64,000 nucleotides of DNA, from NCBI GenBank assembly GCA_963822445.1, contig CAWGHO010000002.1, positions 1,824,001-1,888,000 of the forward strand, given 5' to 3'. Numbering within the stretch: position 1 is the first letter of the stretch; every line of letters begins with the position of its first letter. The notes below the pieces were generated by a model. That model worked only from the letters and a program-made list of their open reading frames with translations. It had not been told where the DNA came from and ran no database searches. A program made the translations under genes and the position numbers. Below, one piece after another: positions 19,301 to 28,692 of the stretch. This DNA comes from an uncultured Acidobacteriota bacterium (GTDB lineage Bacteria; Acidobacteriota; Thermoanaerobaculia; Gp7-AA8).

Positions 19301-20472
19301 TCGCCGTCAATGCAATCCGCCGGGCGAAGCTTCCTGGACCGCAGCCGCGGACCGTGACCACCGCGTTGCGTGATCGCATGGCCAAGCTCGCCGGTCCGAT
19401 GCGGGCCGCGGTCCTCGGACTGGTTCTGTCTGGCGGCATGATCGGCGCGGCGGCTCTGATGATCGCCGGCGCGCTGGGCATGGCGCTGATCGTGATCGCC
19501 GCGCTCGTGGTGATCGCGCTGGCGTGGCGGTGGTTGCGCGTCTCGCCGGTGGCGGCGCTCGGCTCGATCAGCCGCCGCGAGCGGATCGCCGTTCTCGTTT
19601 CGTATCTCGTCTTCATCGCGTCGGTAATTGCCCTCATCGATCGCTCGGCGACCTACAACGTCATCGCTGGAATCCCGATCGGATTCAACGACTCGATCGG
19701 TCACGTCCGCATCGTTCAGGACCTGGAGAATCGCCTGAAGACCGTGCCCGCGCCGGCTTTGAGTTACGTCGCGGCCCTGGCCAATCACTACGCCGGCAAC
19801 ACGGATCGCGCCGCGCAGTTGTATGGCGCCGCCGACGATTACGGCGCCACCCGCCAGAACCGTGCGGCGCTCGCAGCCGGCCGAATGCCGGCGGTGCCCG
19901 CGACGGCAGAGCAGGTGTTCGCCGCGCTGGGCGGGTCGCGTTTGCACCGTTGGCGCGAGGTCGTTATCGGAAAGCGGGCCGTGGCGATCCCCTTCCTCCT
20001 TGCGCCGCTCCTGGCGTTGTTGCTGTTCGCCGTCCGCCCACGCGTGGCGGATGGCGAGCCTGTGCAAGCGTCATGGCCGGCGAAGATCGCGATGATCGTC
20101 CTGCCCGGAGTCTTCGACGTGCGGACTGGTGCGGTCTGGCGGGCGTGGATCACGATCGTGCTCATTGCCACGCCTGTTCTGGCAGCGGTCGCCGAGATCA
20201 CCCCGGCATTTCTCGTGACGCGAGCGTCCATGCCGCACTTCCCCGGAGCCTTCCCCCTGCCAACGAACGCCGCCGATCCGATGGCCGAGCTGGAATGGAC
20301 GTTCCGTCTGGCCTTTCCCTACGCGAAGGTTTACTGGTCGCTCGTTGTCGCGGCGGGGATCATCGGCCTCGCCCTGCATGCGATGAGGATTCCGGCCATC
20401 CTTCGCACGCCGCGTCCGATCGCGGACGAAGATCAGCCGACGCGGGTGAACATCGCCAGCGTCTCGACGTGA
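16369..20472 (+). CDS. Large membrane Hanks-type Ser/Thr kinase (zinc ribbon, kinase, TM, TPR-containing region, multi-TM C-terminus)
   Basis: CPTC/CPQC; GEGGMG, VAVK, HRDIKPSN, DFG, GTPHYISPE; TM after kinase; TPR-like helices; several C-terminal hydrophobic segments. Confidence 0.9.
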   Translation: MSTAACPTCGGSLDAETGVCPQCTTQVNLRSGGTRTETATVVTPHEHTATETPEISGYRVINSLGEGGMGAVYLAEETTLGRRVAVKVISSRVAPDAQSKARFLREARTLATIEHPHVVRVYSFGEVEGRPYLAMEYVEGETLMDRIARLGKLSIDDALRITRDIVDALDAAWDKRVIHRDIKPSNILIDRRNRVRVADFGLAKPMDIDESQSALTLSGLMVGTPHYISPEQAQGKELDFRSDFYSLGIMLFHMLTGERPFQGTTPVAIVAKHIHEPMPLVTSRRADIPSAIERLIQWMTQKDAEKRPGSHQELLAAIDGLITRTPTAPMPTFTSMPIEAPRKPARRRTVMALAVLVIAAIAAASVFIWRKKEEPFQLAAPEFAFIVAVAPFYGPDDDSAKEGRVMAALIERAVANRLGKGGARVLGIEETKTAVRSHDEARELGTKLHASAVIWGEAFALRTETEIRPYVTLVAQPKLEAPARIGPDARLLADTRLEATENLADTGGAAVKLEAEAPNQIELRKTSASGIGDLVVLLAGIHALENEKNYRKALDLFRQAPRTAETLRYEVQALLPSNRREEARQTLEQAIALDPNDAPSHALLGDLHLAENRMAEGIAAYQRAAALGQPYVTTRGILHEGKLYLRETYKHEFQSSGEETDTMFLLEVDPATQTVHARHSLPGTITSMRTDGDALVIAYNGGTDNEPVPAELRLRNGAFDRPYWPPPSLLWRVRSHRGGRVLSGNFLGEIDNIRTYGQPGGRFVLRPEPAADLPATLPDLERALRAAAQRDPTQPSHLFFLAMTLRAQNRMAEANAVLDELIRRDYPGVPYFHYTWMLGTLERVGYGEWTDRLYPKALAARRKLPQQQTFSTLIERLINAQFIRQAASNRNVARGYGLLLKARELVGITPEGEDLVAAAWAKYFDAKGDRARAAHEREVVRVTHAHPFNFLGAIAKVDYALTAAAATLIGFVLLSVFVAVNAIRRAKLPGPQPRTVTTALRDRMAKLAGPMRAAVLGLVLSGGMIGAAALMIAGALGMALIVIAALVVIALAWRWLRVSPVAALGSISRRERIAVLVSYLVFIASVIALIDRSATYNVIAGIPIGFNDSIGHVRIVQDLENRLKTVPAPALSYVAALANHYAGNTDRAAQLYGAADDYGATRQNRAALAAGRMPAVPATAEQVFAALGGSRLHRWREVVIGKRAVAIPFLLAPLLALLLFAVRPRVADGEPVQASWPAKIAMIVLPGVFDVRTGAVWRAWITIVLIATPVLAAVAEITPAFLVTRASMPHFPGAFPLPTNAADPMAELEWTFRLAFPYAKVYWSLVVAAGIIGLALHAMRIPAILRTPRPIADEDQPTRVNIASVST

Positions 20473-21605
20473 TGGGTGTTGGGGAAGAGGTCGAGCAGAT
20501 CGAGCGATTCGAGATTCCAGCCCGCTGACACAAGTCGTGTCGCGTCGCGGGCGAAGGTCACCGGATCGCAGGAAAGCCAGGAGATCCGCTCCCTCGTTCG
20601 CTCGGCGATCACGTCCACTACTTCGCGGCGCGTTCCGGCGCGCGGAGGATCGAGGAAAACGAAATCCGCAGTGGGCAGGTTCAGGATCTGGCGCTCGACC
20701 GGCGCCTCGATGAGGCGCACGTTCGCGGGCACGTTCCGCTTTGCGTAGCGCGTCGACACGCGCGAGCCTTCGACTGCGACGACTTTCTCGAACAGCTTTG
20801 CCAGCGGGAGGGTGAAGAAGCCCACACCGGAGTAGAGATCGAGGGCCGTTCGCTTCGACGTCACCTGCGACGCATGCGCGGAGACGAGCCGCAACATCGT
20901 TCCGAGCATGTGCCGGTTGACCTGAAAAAATGCCTCGGTGGAGAGTTTGTACGGGCCGATGCGCAGCTCGCCTTCCTGCAGGAGGTGGCCGTCGAGCTCC
21001 CAGACTTCCAGGAGCGCCGCCGTCCCGGCGGCTGGTCCGCCGGCGTCCCGCGGCGGCCCCTGCGGCCGGCGAGCCGCCGGCGCAACAGCCGGCGAAGACG
21101 CCGGCGTTCCGAATGCGCGCGCCGTCTCGAGTCCCACCACCTCGCATTCCGCCGCGAGCGGCACCACGCGATTCGAGCGCATCGCGTAAAAGCCGACCGC
21201 GTCGCCGTCGCGATGCAATCGTGAGCGGAGCCGGTAGTTGAGGGGGGAGGGATGAATCGTGATCGGCGGATGCTCGTTGATCTTCCCGATCCGCCGCAGC
21301 GACTCCGACAGAATCCGCCGCTTGGCCTCGAGCTGTTTGTCGAGCCGCAACGCCGTCCAGTCGCAGCCGCCGCATTCGTTCGCGATCGGGCAGGGCATGG
21401 CCCGCCGGAACGGACTGGGCTCGAGCAGCTCCACCAGCTCGCCGCGCGCGAAGCCTTTCTTCACTTCGAAGAGCCGCACGAGTGCTTTGTCGCCGGGAAA
21501 AACGTTGATGGCGAAGACGGGAAAGCCGTCGACGCGCGCCAGCGCGGCGCCGCGGGCGACAAGCTCTTGCGGCTCAATGGTTAATTCATCCCCGATTTGA
21601 TACAA
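20433..21605 (-). CDS. rlmD: TRAM-domain RNA m5U methyltransferase (RlmD/TrmA family)
   Basis: TRAM N-terminus, [10 protein letters not shown] Fe-S motif, [32 protein letters not shown]. Confidence 0.88.
   Translation of the reverse strand: MYQIGDELTIEPQELVARGAALARVDGFPVFAINVFPGDKALVRLFEVKKGFARGELVELLEPSPFRRAMPCPIANECGGCDWTALRLDKQLEAKRRILSESLRRIGKINEHPPITIHPSPLNYRLRSRLHRDGDAVGFYAMRSNRVVPLAAECEVVGLETARAFGTPASSPAVAPAARRPQGPPRDAGGPAAGTAALLEVWELDGHLLQEGELRIGPYKLSTEAFFQVNRHMLGTMLRLVSAHASQVTSKRTALDLYSGVGFFTLPLAKLFEKVVAVEGSRVSTRYAKRNVPANVRLIEAPVERQILNLPTADFVFLDPPRAGTRREVVDVIAERTRERISWLSCDPVTFARDATRLVSAGWNLESLDLLDLFPNTHHVETLAMFTRVG
21011..21110. repeat. REP-like four-hairpin element inside the rlmD-like ORF
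   Basis: GGAGCGCCGCCGTCCCGGCGGC...GCCGGCGAAGACGCCGGCGTTCC with two inner hairpins; translates as [33 protein letters not shown]. Confidence 0.75.
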
Positions 21606-21616
21606 CTGCGCCCCCT

Positions 21617-23689
<2,073 letters not shown>

Positions 23690-23802
23690 GAGAGTGCGCG
23701 GCGGAAGCAACGTCAGGCGCGTTGCGCCGCCCGAAGCCGGGGACTTGACGCCGAGCCGCGCGTGCCGGAAGGCGCAGCAACCGGCGCGGCGGCCCGTGGC
23801 CG

Positions 23803-24507
23803 CTAGGGTACGGACTTCACTTCACCGGTTCCGAAGTCGTAATACGCGCTGATGATCTTGATCTGCTCCGTCTGCACGGCGCGGCGGATCACTGCGCTGC
23901 CGGCGATCAACTGCGCGGCGGACGCGCGCGAGTTCGTCTCGATGGCGCGTTTGAAATTCGCCGCATCGCGCGAGTCGAAGGCGATGCCGATGAACGAGCC
24001 GCGGATCTGTTCGACCATCTTGTTGAGTGCGGGCGTGGGCGGGTCGGTGCCGGCCAGGGCCGCCTTCACGGCGCCGCAGTTCTCGTGTCCGAGGACGACG
24101 ATCAGTTTCGTCCAGCCGCTGAGGATCCCGAACTCGATCGAGGCGATGCTGAATTCGTCGGCGACGTTGCCTGCGGTCCGGACGCCGAAGATCGCGCCGA
24201 GGGATTGATCGAACACGAGCTCGGGAGGGACGCGGCTGTCCGAGCAGGAGAGCACGGTCACCGGCGGCGACTGATGCTCCTTCAGCGCGATGCGCTCCTC
24301 GTTCAGCGTGTCGAATCGGATCTTTCCCGCGGTGAAGTTCTTGTTGCCTCGCAGCAGTGCGTTCCAGATCACTTCCGGGGTGAGCGGCGGAGGTGCCGGC
24401 GCCGCTGCCGGTGGCGCGGCTGGCTTTTGTTGCGGTGGCGCGGCTTGCTGGGCGAGGCCGGTGAAGGAGAATGCGAGCGTGAATGCGAGAATGACGAATC
24501 GGCGCAT
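23803..24507 (-). CDS. Exported beta-class carbonic anhydrase
   Basis: CSDSR and HENCG Zn ligands; signal peptide MRRFVILAFTLAFSFTGLA from ATG 24507. Confidence 0.9.
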   Translation of the reverse strand: MRRFVILAFTLAFSFTGLAQQAAPPQQKPAAPPAAAPAPPPLTPEVIWNALLRGNKNFTAGKIRFDTLNEERIALKEHQSPPVTVLSCSDSRVPPELVFDQSLGAIFGVRTAGNVADEFSIASIEFGILSGWTKLIVVLGHENCGAVKAALAGTDPPTPALNKMVEQIRGSFIGIAFDSRDAANFKRAIETNSRASAAQLIAGSAVIRRAVQTEQIKIISAYYDFGTGEVKSVP

Positions 24508-25438
24508 GAGACCTATTGTCGCTTTACTGACGCTCTTTCTGTGCACGCCTGCTCTCGGCGGCTGGTTTCGCGGGAACACGCACACACACACGCTCGAAAG
24601 CGATGGCGATTCCACGCCGGCCGAAGTGGCGAAGTGGTACGCGGATCACGGGTACGACTTTCTGGTGATCACCGATCACGACAAGATCACGAAGATCGAG
24701 TCGGACGAGATCCTGCTCATTCCGGGCGAAGAGGTTACCGACAAGCTTCCGAAAAAACCGCTGCACGTGAATGCCATCGATCCGGCTGGGCTCATCAGTC
24801 CGATGGGTGGTCAGAGTGTCGTCGATGTGTTGCAACGCAACGTGACCAACATCGTGAAGTCCGGCGGGATCGCCCAGATCAATCACCCGAACTTCGGCTG
24901 GGCTTTCGGTGCGAACGAATTGATGCAGATCGAAGGAGCCATGCTCCTGGAGATCGCCAGCGGTCACCCCTTCGTGAACATGCAGGGGCCGCCCTCGGTC
25001 GAAGCGATGTGGGACGAGGTGCTGACGAAGGGCAAACGCATCTGGGGCGTGGCCGTCGACGACTCGCATCATCTGAAAAACCCCTGGGACACCTACGTCG
25101 CGCTACCGGGCAAGGCCTGGATCGTGGTGCGCGCGGATGAGTGCACGAAATCGAACATTCTTCGCGCGATCATCCGCGGCGACTTTTACGCGTCGACCGG
25201 CGTCGAGCTCGAGGACTACACGGTTGCTGCGAAGTCCATCACCGTGAAAGTGAAGGAAAAGAACCAGGCCCGCTACGTCGTGCAATTCATCGGCGCGAAC
25301 GGCCGCGTCCTGCAGGAGTCGAAAGGTCCAACCGCCACGTACGCGCTCACCGGCAAGGACCCATACGTGCGGGCGAAGGTCATCGACTCGAACGGCCGCA
25401 TGGCCTGGTGCCAGCCCGTCTTCAGGAAGAAGCGTTGA
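24506..25438 (+). CDS. Exported PHP-family (CehA/McbA-like) metallohydrolase
   Basis: Signal peptide MRPIVALLTLFLCTPALG; GNTHTHT..SDG, TDHD, NHP, DDSH motifs. Confidence 0.85.
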   Translation: MRPIVALLTLFLCTPALGGWFRGNTHTHTLESDGDSTPAEVAKWYADHGYDFLVITDHDKITKIESDEILLIPGEEVTDKLPKKPLHVNAIDPAGLISPMGGQSVVDVLQRNVTNIVKSGGIAQINHPNFGWAFGANELMQIEGAMLLEIASGHPFVNMQGPPSVEAMWDEVLTKGKRIWGVAVDDSHHLKNPWDTYVALPGKAWIVVRADECTKSNILRAIIRGDFYASTGVELEDYTVAAKSITVKVKEKNQARYVVQFIGANGRVLQESKGPTATYALTGKDPYVRAKVIDSNGRMAWCQPVFRKKR

Positions 25439-25464
25439 GTCTTTCCCTGCAACTGGCCACGCCC

Positions 25465-26112
25465 GTGACGACGCTCGTCCTCATCGGCGGCGGAGAGTTC
25501 TCGTTCGGCGATACGCGGGAGATCGACGAGCTGCTCGTCTCGCGCATGCCTGCCGATCGCCGCACCGTCGCCTTCCTGCCCACCGCCTCCGGCTCCGCCG
25601 AATACGCGACGCACCTCGGCGAGTACTTCCGCAAGATCGATCCGTCGATCAGCGTCGTGAACGTGCCGATTTATCGAGGACGGGACAGCCGCCGGCAAAA
25701 GAGTCTCGACGCGATCCTCGCCGCGGGCATGGTCTACCTCGGCGGCGGCGTCACGAACAACCTCCTGGCGACCGTCCGCGAGTCGCCGGCGGATCTGGCC
25801 ATGCGCGAAGCTGCGGCGAAAGGCGCGATCATCGCGGCGATCGGCGCAGCCGCATCGTGCTTCGGGCGGGTCGCGCGGGACATGCGCGGCGCCTCCGTGC
25901 TGCCGGCCCTGAACTGGCTGGACAACACCGCCGTGGAAACCGGCTTCGATCCGTCGAATGACACCGCCCTGCGACGGCTCATGTCCGTTCCGGAAGTGGA
26001 GCTGGGTCTGGGGATTCCGGCGAAGACGGCGCTGATGATCGGTGCTGACGGTGTTGCCGAAATCATCGGGGTCGGACAGATCGCGGCGTTCCGAAAACCG
26101 GTGAGGCATTAG
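25465..26112 (+). CDS. Peptidase S51/cyanophycinase-like protein, apparently lacking catalytic Ser
   Basis: LVLIGGGE, VAFLPTAS, VYLGGG, LGLGI; nucleophile elbow reads AIGAAA instead of GxSAGA; start GTG 25465 or TTG 25435. Confidence 0.72.
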   Translation: MTTLVLIGGGEFSFGDTREIDELLVSRMPADRRTVAFLPTASGSAEYATHLGEYFRKIDPSISVVNVPIYRGRDSRRQKSLDAILAAGMVYLGGGVTNNLLATVRESPADLAMREAAAKGAIIAAIGAAASCFGRVARDMRGASVLPALNWLDNTAVETGFDPSNDTALRRLMSVPEVELGLGIPAKTALMIGADGVAEIIGVGQIAAFRKPVRH

Positions 26113-26139
26113 CGTTGCACTTGAGCCGCTCTTTGGAGG

Positions 26140-26868
26140 TTGCGCATTTCAGCACTCGAGCAAACACCCGCCGCAGAAAAGCCGGTCACGCATGAGGAGC
26201 TGGTTCGCTTCTTCAGCGTCCTCTCGCATGATTTGAAATCTCCAATCTTCGCAGTCGACGGATTCAGCGAGCTTCTCCTCAGCGACTACCTCGACAAGCT
26301 CGATGACGAAGGGCAGGACTTCCTGCGCCGCATCCGTTCGAGCGCGCAGTACATGAAGCGCGTGCTCGACGACATGTCGCACATGGTCAAGCTTCTGGCG
26401 CGACCGACGGTGCGCAAACCGACACCGCTTCGCGAGATCGTCGAAGAGGTGATCCTCAAGTACAACTTCCAGATCGAGGAAGGCGGCGTGCGCGTCGACC
26501 TTCCCGCGGACCTGCCCGTGGTCAACGTCGATCCGGAAAAGATCCGCGAGGCCATCGGCTCGATCATCGCCAACTCGCTCTTCTTCAGCGATCGCGACAA
26601 GGGTCAGCGCGAGCTCGCCATTGACTGCAATTCGACGGGTGAGGGCATCCGCTTCTGCGTCCGCGACAACGGCATCGGCATCGACCCGCGCTACGCGAAC
26701 CAGGTCTTCGAGCTCGGGGGCATGAGCAAGCTCGATAAGGCCCGCGGCGGCGGGCCGGGCTACGGTCTCTATCTCGCCAAGAGGATCATCGAGAGCCACG
26801 GCGGTGAGCTGACCGTGGAGTCGACGATGGGCGAAGGCAGCACCTTCTGCTTCACGCTGCCTAATTAG
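26140..26868 (+). CDS. Sensor-less histidine kinase (HisKA + HATPase)
   Basis: SHDLKSP H-box, VRDNGIGI, GYGLYLAK, GEGSTF; only about 20 aa before the H-box helix. Confidence 0.88.
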   Translation: MRISALEQTPAAEKPVTHEELVRFFSVLSHDLKSPIFAVDGFSELLLSDYLDKLDDEGQDFLRRIRSSAQYMKRVLDDMSHMVKLLARPTVRKPTPLREIVEEVILKYNFQIEEGGVRVDLPADLPVVNVDPEKIREAIGSIIANSLFFSDRDKGQRELAIDCNSTGEGIRFCVRDNGIGIDPRYANQVFELGGMSKLDKARGGGPGYGLYLAKRIIESHGGELTVESTMGEGSTFCFTLPN

Positions 26869-27416
26869 CGGGCAGCGACCGCCTGCTCGAGTTGCGCGAG
26901 ATCCACATGCTCCGGCAAGGGCTCCTCTCCCGGCAGGGCGATGATGCGGACCTCTACGTAGCGGTCGCGGGCGACATCGACGCCGAGGTAGCGGGCGGCG
27001 GCCTGGGAGAGATCGATGGCGAACTTGTTCACGTAGGGGCCGCGATCGTTCACCCGCATCCGCAGTTTCTTGCCCGTCGCCCGGGACTTCACTTCCACCC
27101 AGCATCCCAGCGGTAGGGTGAGGTGCGCGGCCGAGAACTTCCTGTTGCGGAAGATCTCCCCGTTGGCAGTCTTCCGGCCGTCGAAGAAGCCCGAGTAGTA
27201 GCTGGCCAGGCCGTTCAGGCGATGTTTCACCGCCAGCTTCGAGTACTTGAGGAAGCGCTCCAGAAACGGATCGGGCTGCGGTGGTGGCGGCGCTTCGAAG
27301 CAGTTCGTGAGCGGTGCGGTGAGCCGGAAATCGTCGACCGGCAGGATGTCCTCCGCCCACGCCAGCGGCGCGGCGGCAAGCAGTCCCAGAAGGGCGATCG
27401 AGGCTCCTGATCTCAT
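26865..27416 (-). CDS. rlpA: RlpA-like lytic transglycosylase (DPBB domain)
   Basis: GLASYY, KTANGE, AAHLTLPLG, VNDRGPY, IDLSQAAA; signal peptide from ATG 27416. Confidence 0.88.
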   Translation of the reverse strand: MRSGASIALLGLLAAAPLAWAEDILPVDDFRLTAPLTNCFEAPPPPQPDPFLERFLKYSKLAVKHRLNGLASYYSGFFDGRKTANGEIFRNRKFSAAHLTLPLGCWVEVKSRATGKKLRMRVNDRGPYVNKFAIDLSQAAARYLGVDVARDRYVEVRIIALPGEEPLPEHVDLAQLEQAVAAR

Positions 27417-27550
27417 GGCGGCCGGATTGTAGTGAGTTTCAACCGACGAGCCAATCCGTGCCAACAACTCAGCAATAAGTGGTTTAAAACTCAGCAGTTA
27501 GCGGTGGCTCCTCGTTTGCAAATAATTGTTTCGCACAGGAGGACCCGGCG

Positions 27551-28429
27551 ATGAGTGAACTGAAGACGAGACGCCCGTACCAGGAGCGGTTTCTCGACAA
27601 TTTCGATCGGTCACAGCTACGCCGGGAGGTTCAGGCGGTCAAACCGAAACGCCTCTCCGGGCTGAAGAAAAAATACGCGACCTGGGCCCTGGGAGCATCA
27701 CTCGCCCTCGGCGGCATCGGCGCGCCGATGAAGATGGTCCACCAGGGCAAGACCGGCTCGGCGAAGAACGAGATCTCCAGTCAGGCTCCGTCGCTCGACC
27801 GCGCACTCGCCGGAGACCTCCGGGCGGCGCAGTCGATCGCGAAGCAGGTCGCGGGCGGTGTCGAAGCCGTGGCCGAGGGCGTCGAGAAGGCGACCAGCAA
27901 TCCGCTCGAGGCCGTGGCCGAGGCTCCCAAGAAACTGAGCCTCGTCACCGAGCAGGTCCGGGAGGACTTCTTCAAGAAGGAAATCCCCTTCGGCTCGATC
28001 ATTTACAAGGAAGCGAAGAAGAACAACATCCGCCCCGAGCTCGTGGCCGCCGTGGTTCAGGCGGAGTCGCGCTTCAAGCCGACCGCGCGCTCAGGCGCCG
28101 GAGCGGTCGGGTTGATGCAGCTCGTTCCGCGCACTGGGAAGTGGATGGGGGCGAAGGACCTCACCAATCCCCAGCAGAACGTCGCCGCGGGCGCGAAGTA
28201 CCTCAAGTACCTCAACGAGCGCTTCGACGGGAACGAGACGAAAGTCATCGCCGCCTACAACGCCGGCGAAGGCAACGTGAAGCGCTTCGGCGGCGTGCCG
28301 CCGTTCAAGGAAACGCGCAGTTACGTCGTGAAGGTGCGGAACTACGAGGCGGAGTTCAAGAACCGCGTCGAGAACCGCCTCGCCGACGTATCGGCATCGG
28401 CGGATCTGGGCGGAGCGATCGCGCGGTAG
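27551..28429 (+). CDS. SLT-domain lytic transglycosylase
   Basis: AESRF catalytic Glu, GAVGLMQL, AAYNAGEG, PPFKETRSYV; SD AGGAGG. Confidence 0.92.
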   Translation: MSELKTRRPYQERFLDNFDRSQLRREVQAVKPKRLSGLKKKYATWALGASLALGGIGAPMKMVHQGKTGSAKNEISSQAPSLDRALAGDLRAAQSIAKQVAGGVEAVAEGVEKATSNPLEAVAEAPKKLSLVTEQVREDFFKKEIPFGSIIYKEAKKNNIRPELVAAVVQAESRFKPTARSGAGAVGLMQLVPRTGKWMGAKDLTNPQQNVAAGAKYLKYLNERFDGNETKVIAAYNAGEGNVKRFGGVPPFKETRSYVVKVRNYEAEFKNRVENRLADVSASADLGGAIAR

Positions 28430-28448
28430 TCATGATTCAATAGCCGCG

Positions 28449-28688
28449 GTGTCCGGAATCAGATTCGTCGTCGGTGTGATCGTGATGGGCATCGCCGTGC
28501 CCCTCGCCCTCTTCAAGCTCCTCGGCCTGCAAAACCTCTCGCAGCTGCTGACCATCGCCGCGATGACCTTCCTGTCGTGGTGCGTGGCTGACGTCCTGGC
28601 GACGATCCTCGCGAAGCCGCGTTTGCAGGGGCGAAGCGCGACGAGCGCGTTGCGCGAGGATCTCGAGCGGCGCGCGAAAGACGTCTAG
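28449..28688 (+). CDS. Small two-TM membrane protein
   Basis: Two hydrophobic segments with a charged tail, good codon bias. Confidence 0.6.
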   Translation: MSGIRFVVGVIVMGIAVPLALFKLLGLQNLSQLLTIAAMTFLSWCVADVLATILAKPRLQGRSATSALREDLERRAKDV

Positions 28689-28692
28689 CGCT

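Noticed and set aside
23690-23802. Structured ncRNA between sucD and the carbonic anhydrase
   Set aside because: Only two imperfect GC-rich hairpins, explicable as terminator-like or degenerate repeat sequence between convergent genes; no second copy or family motif seen
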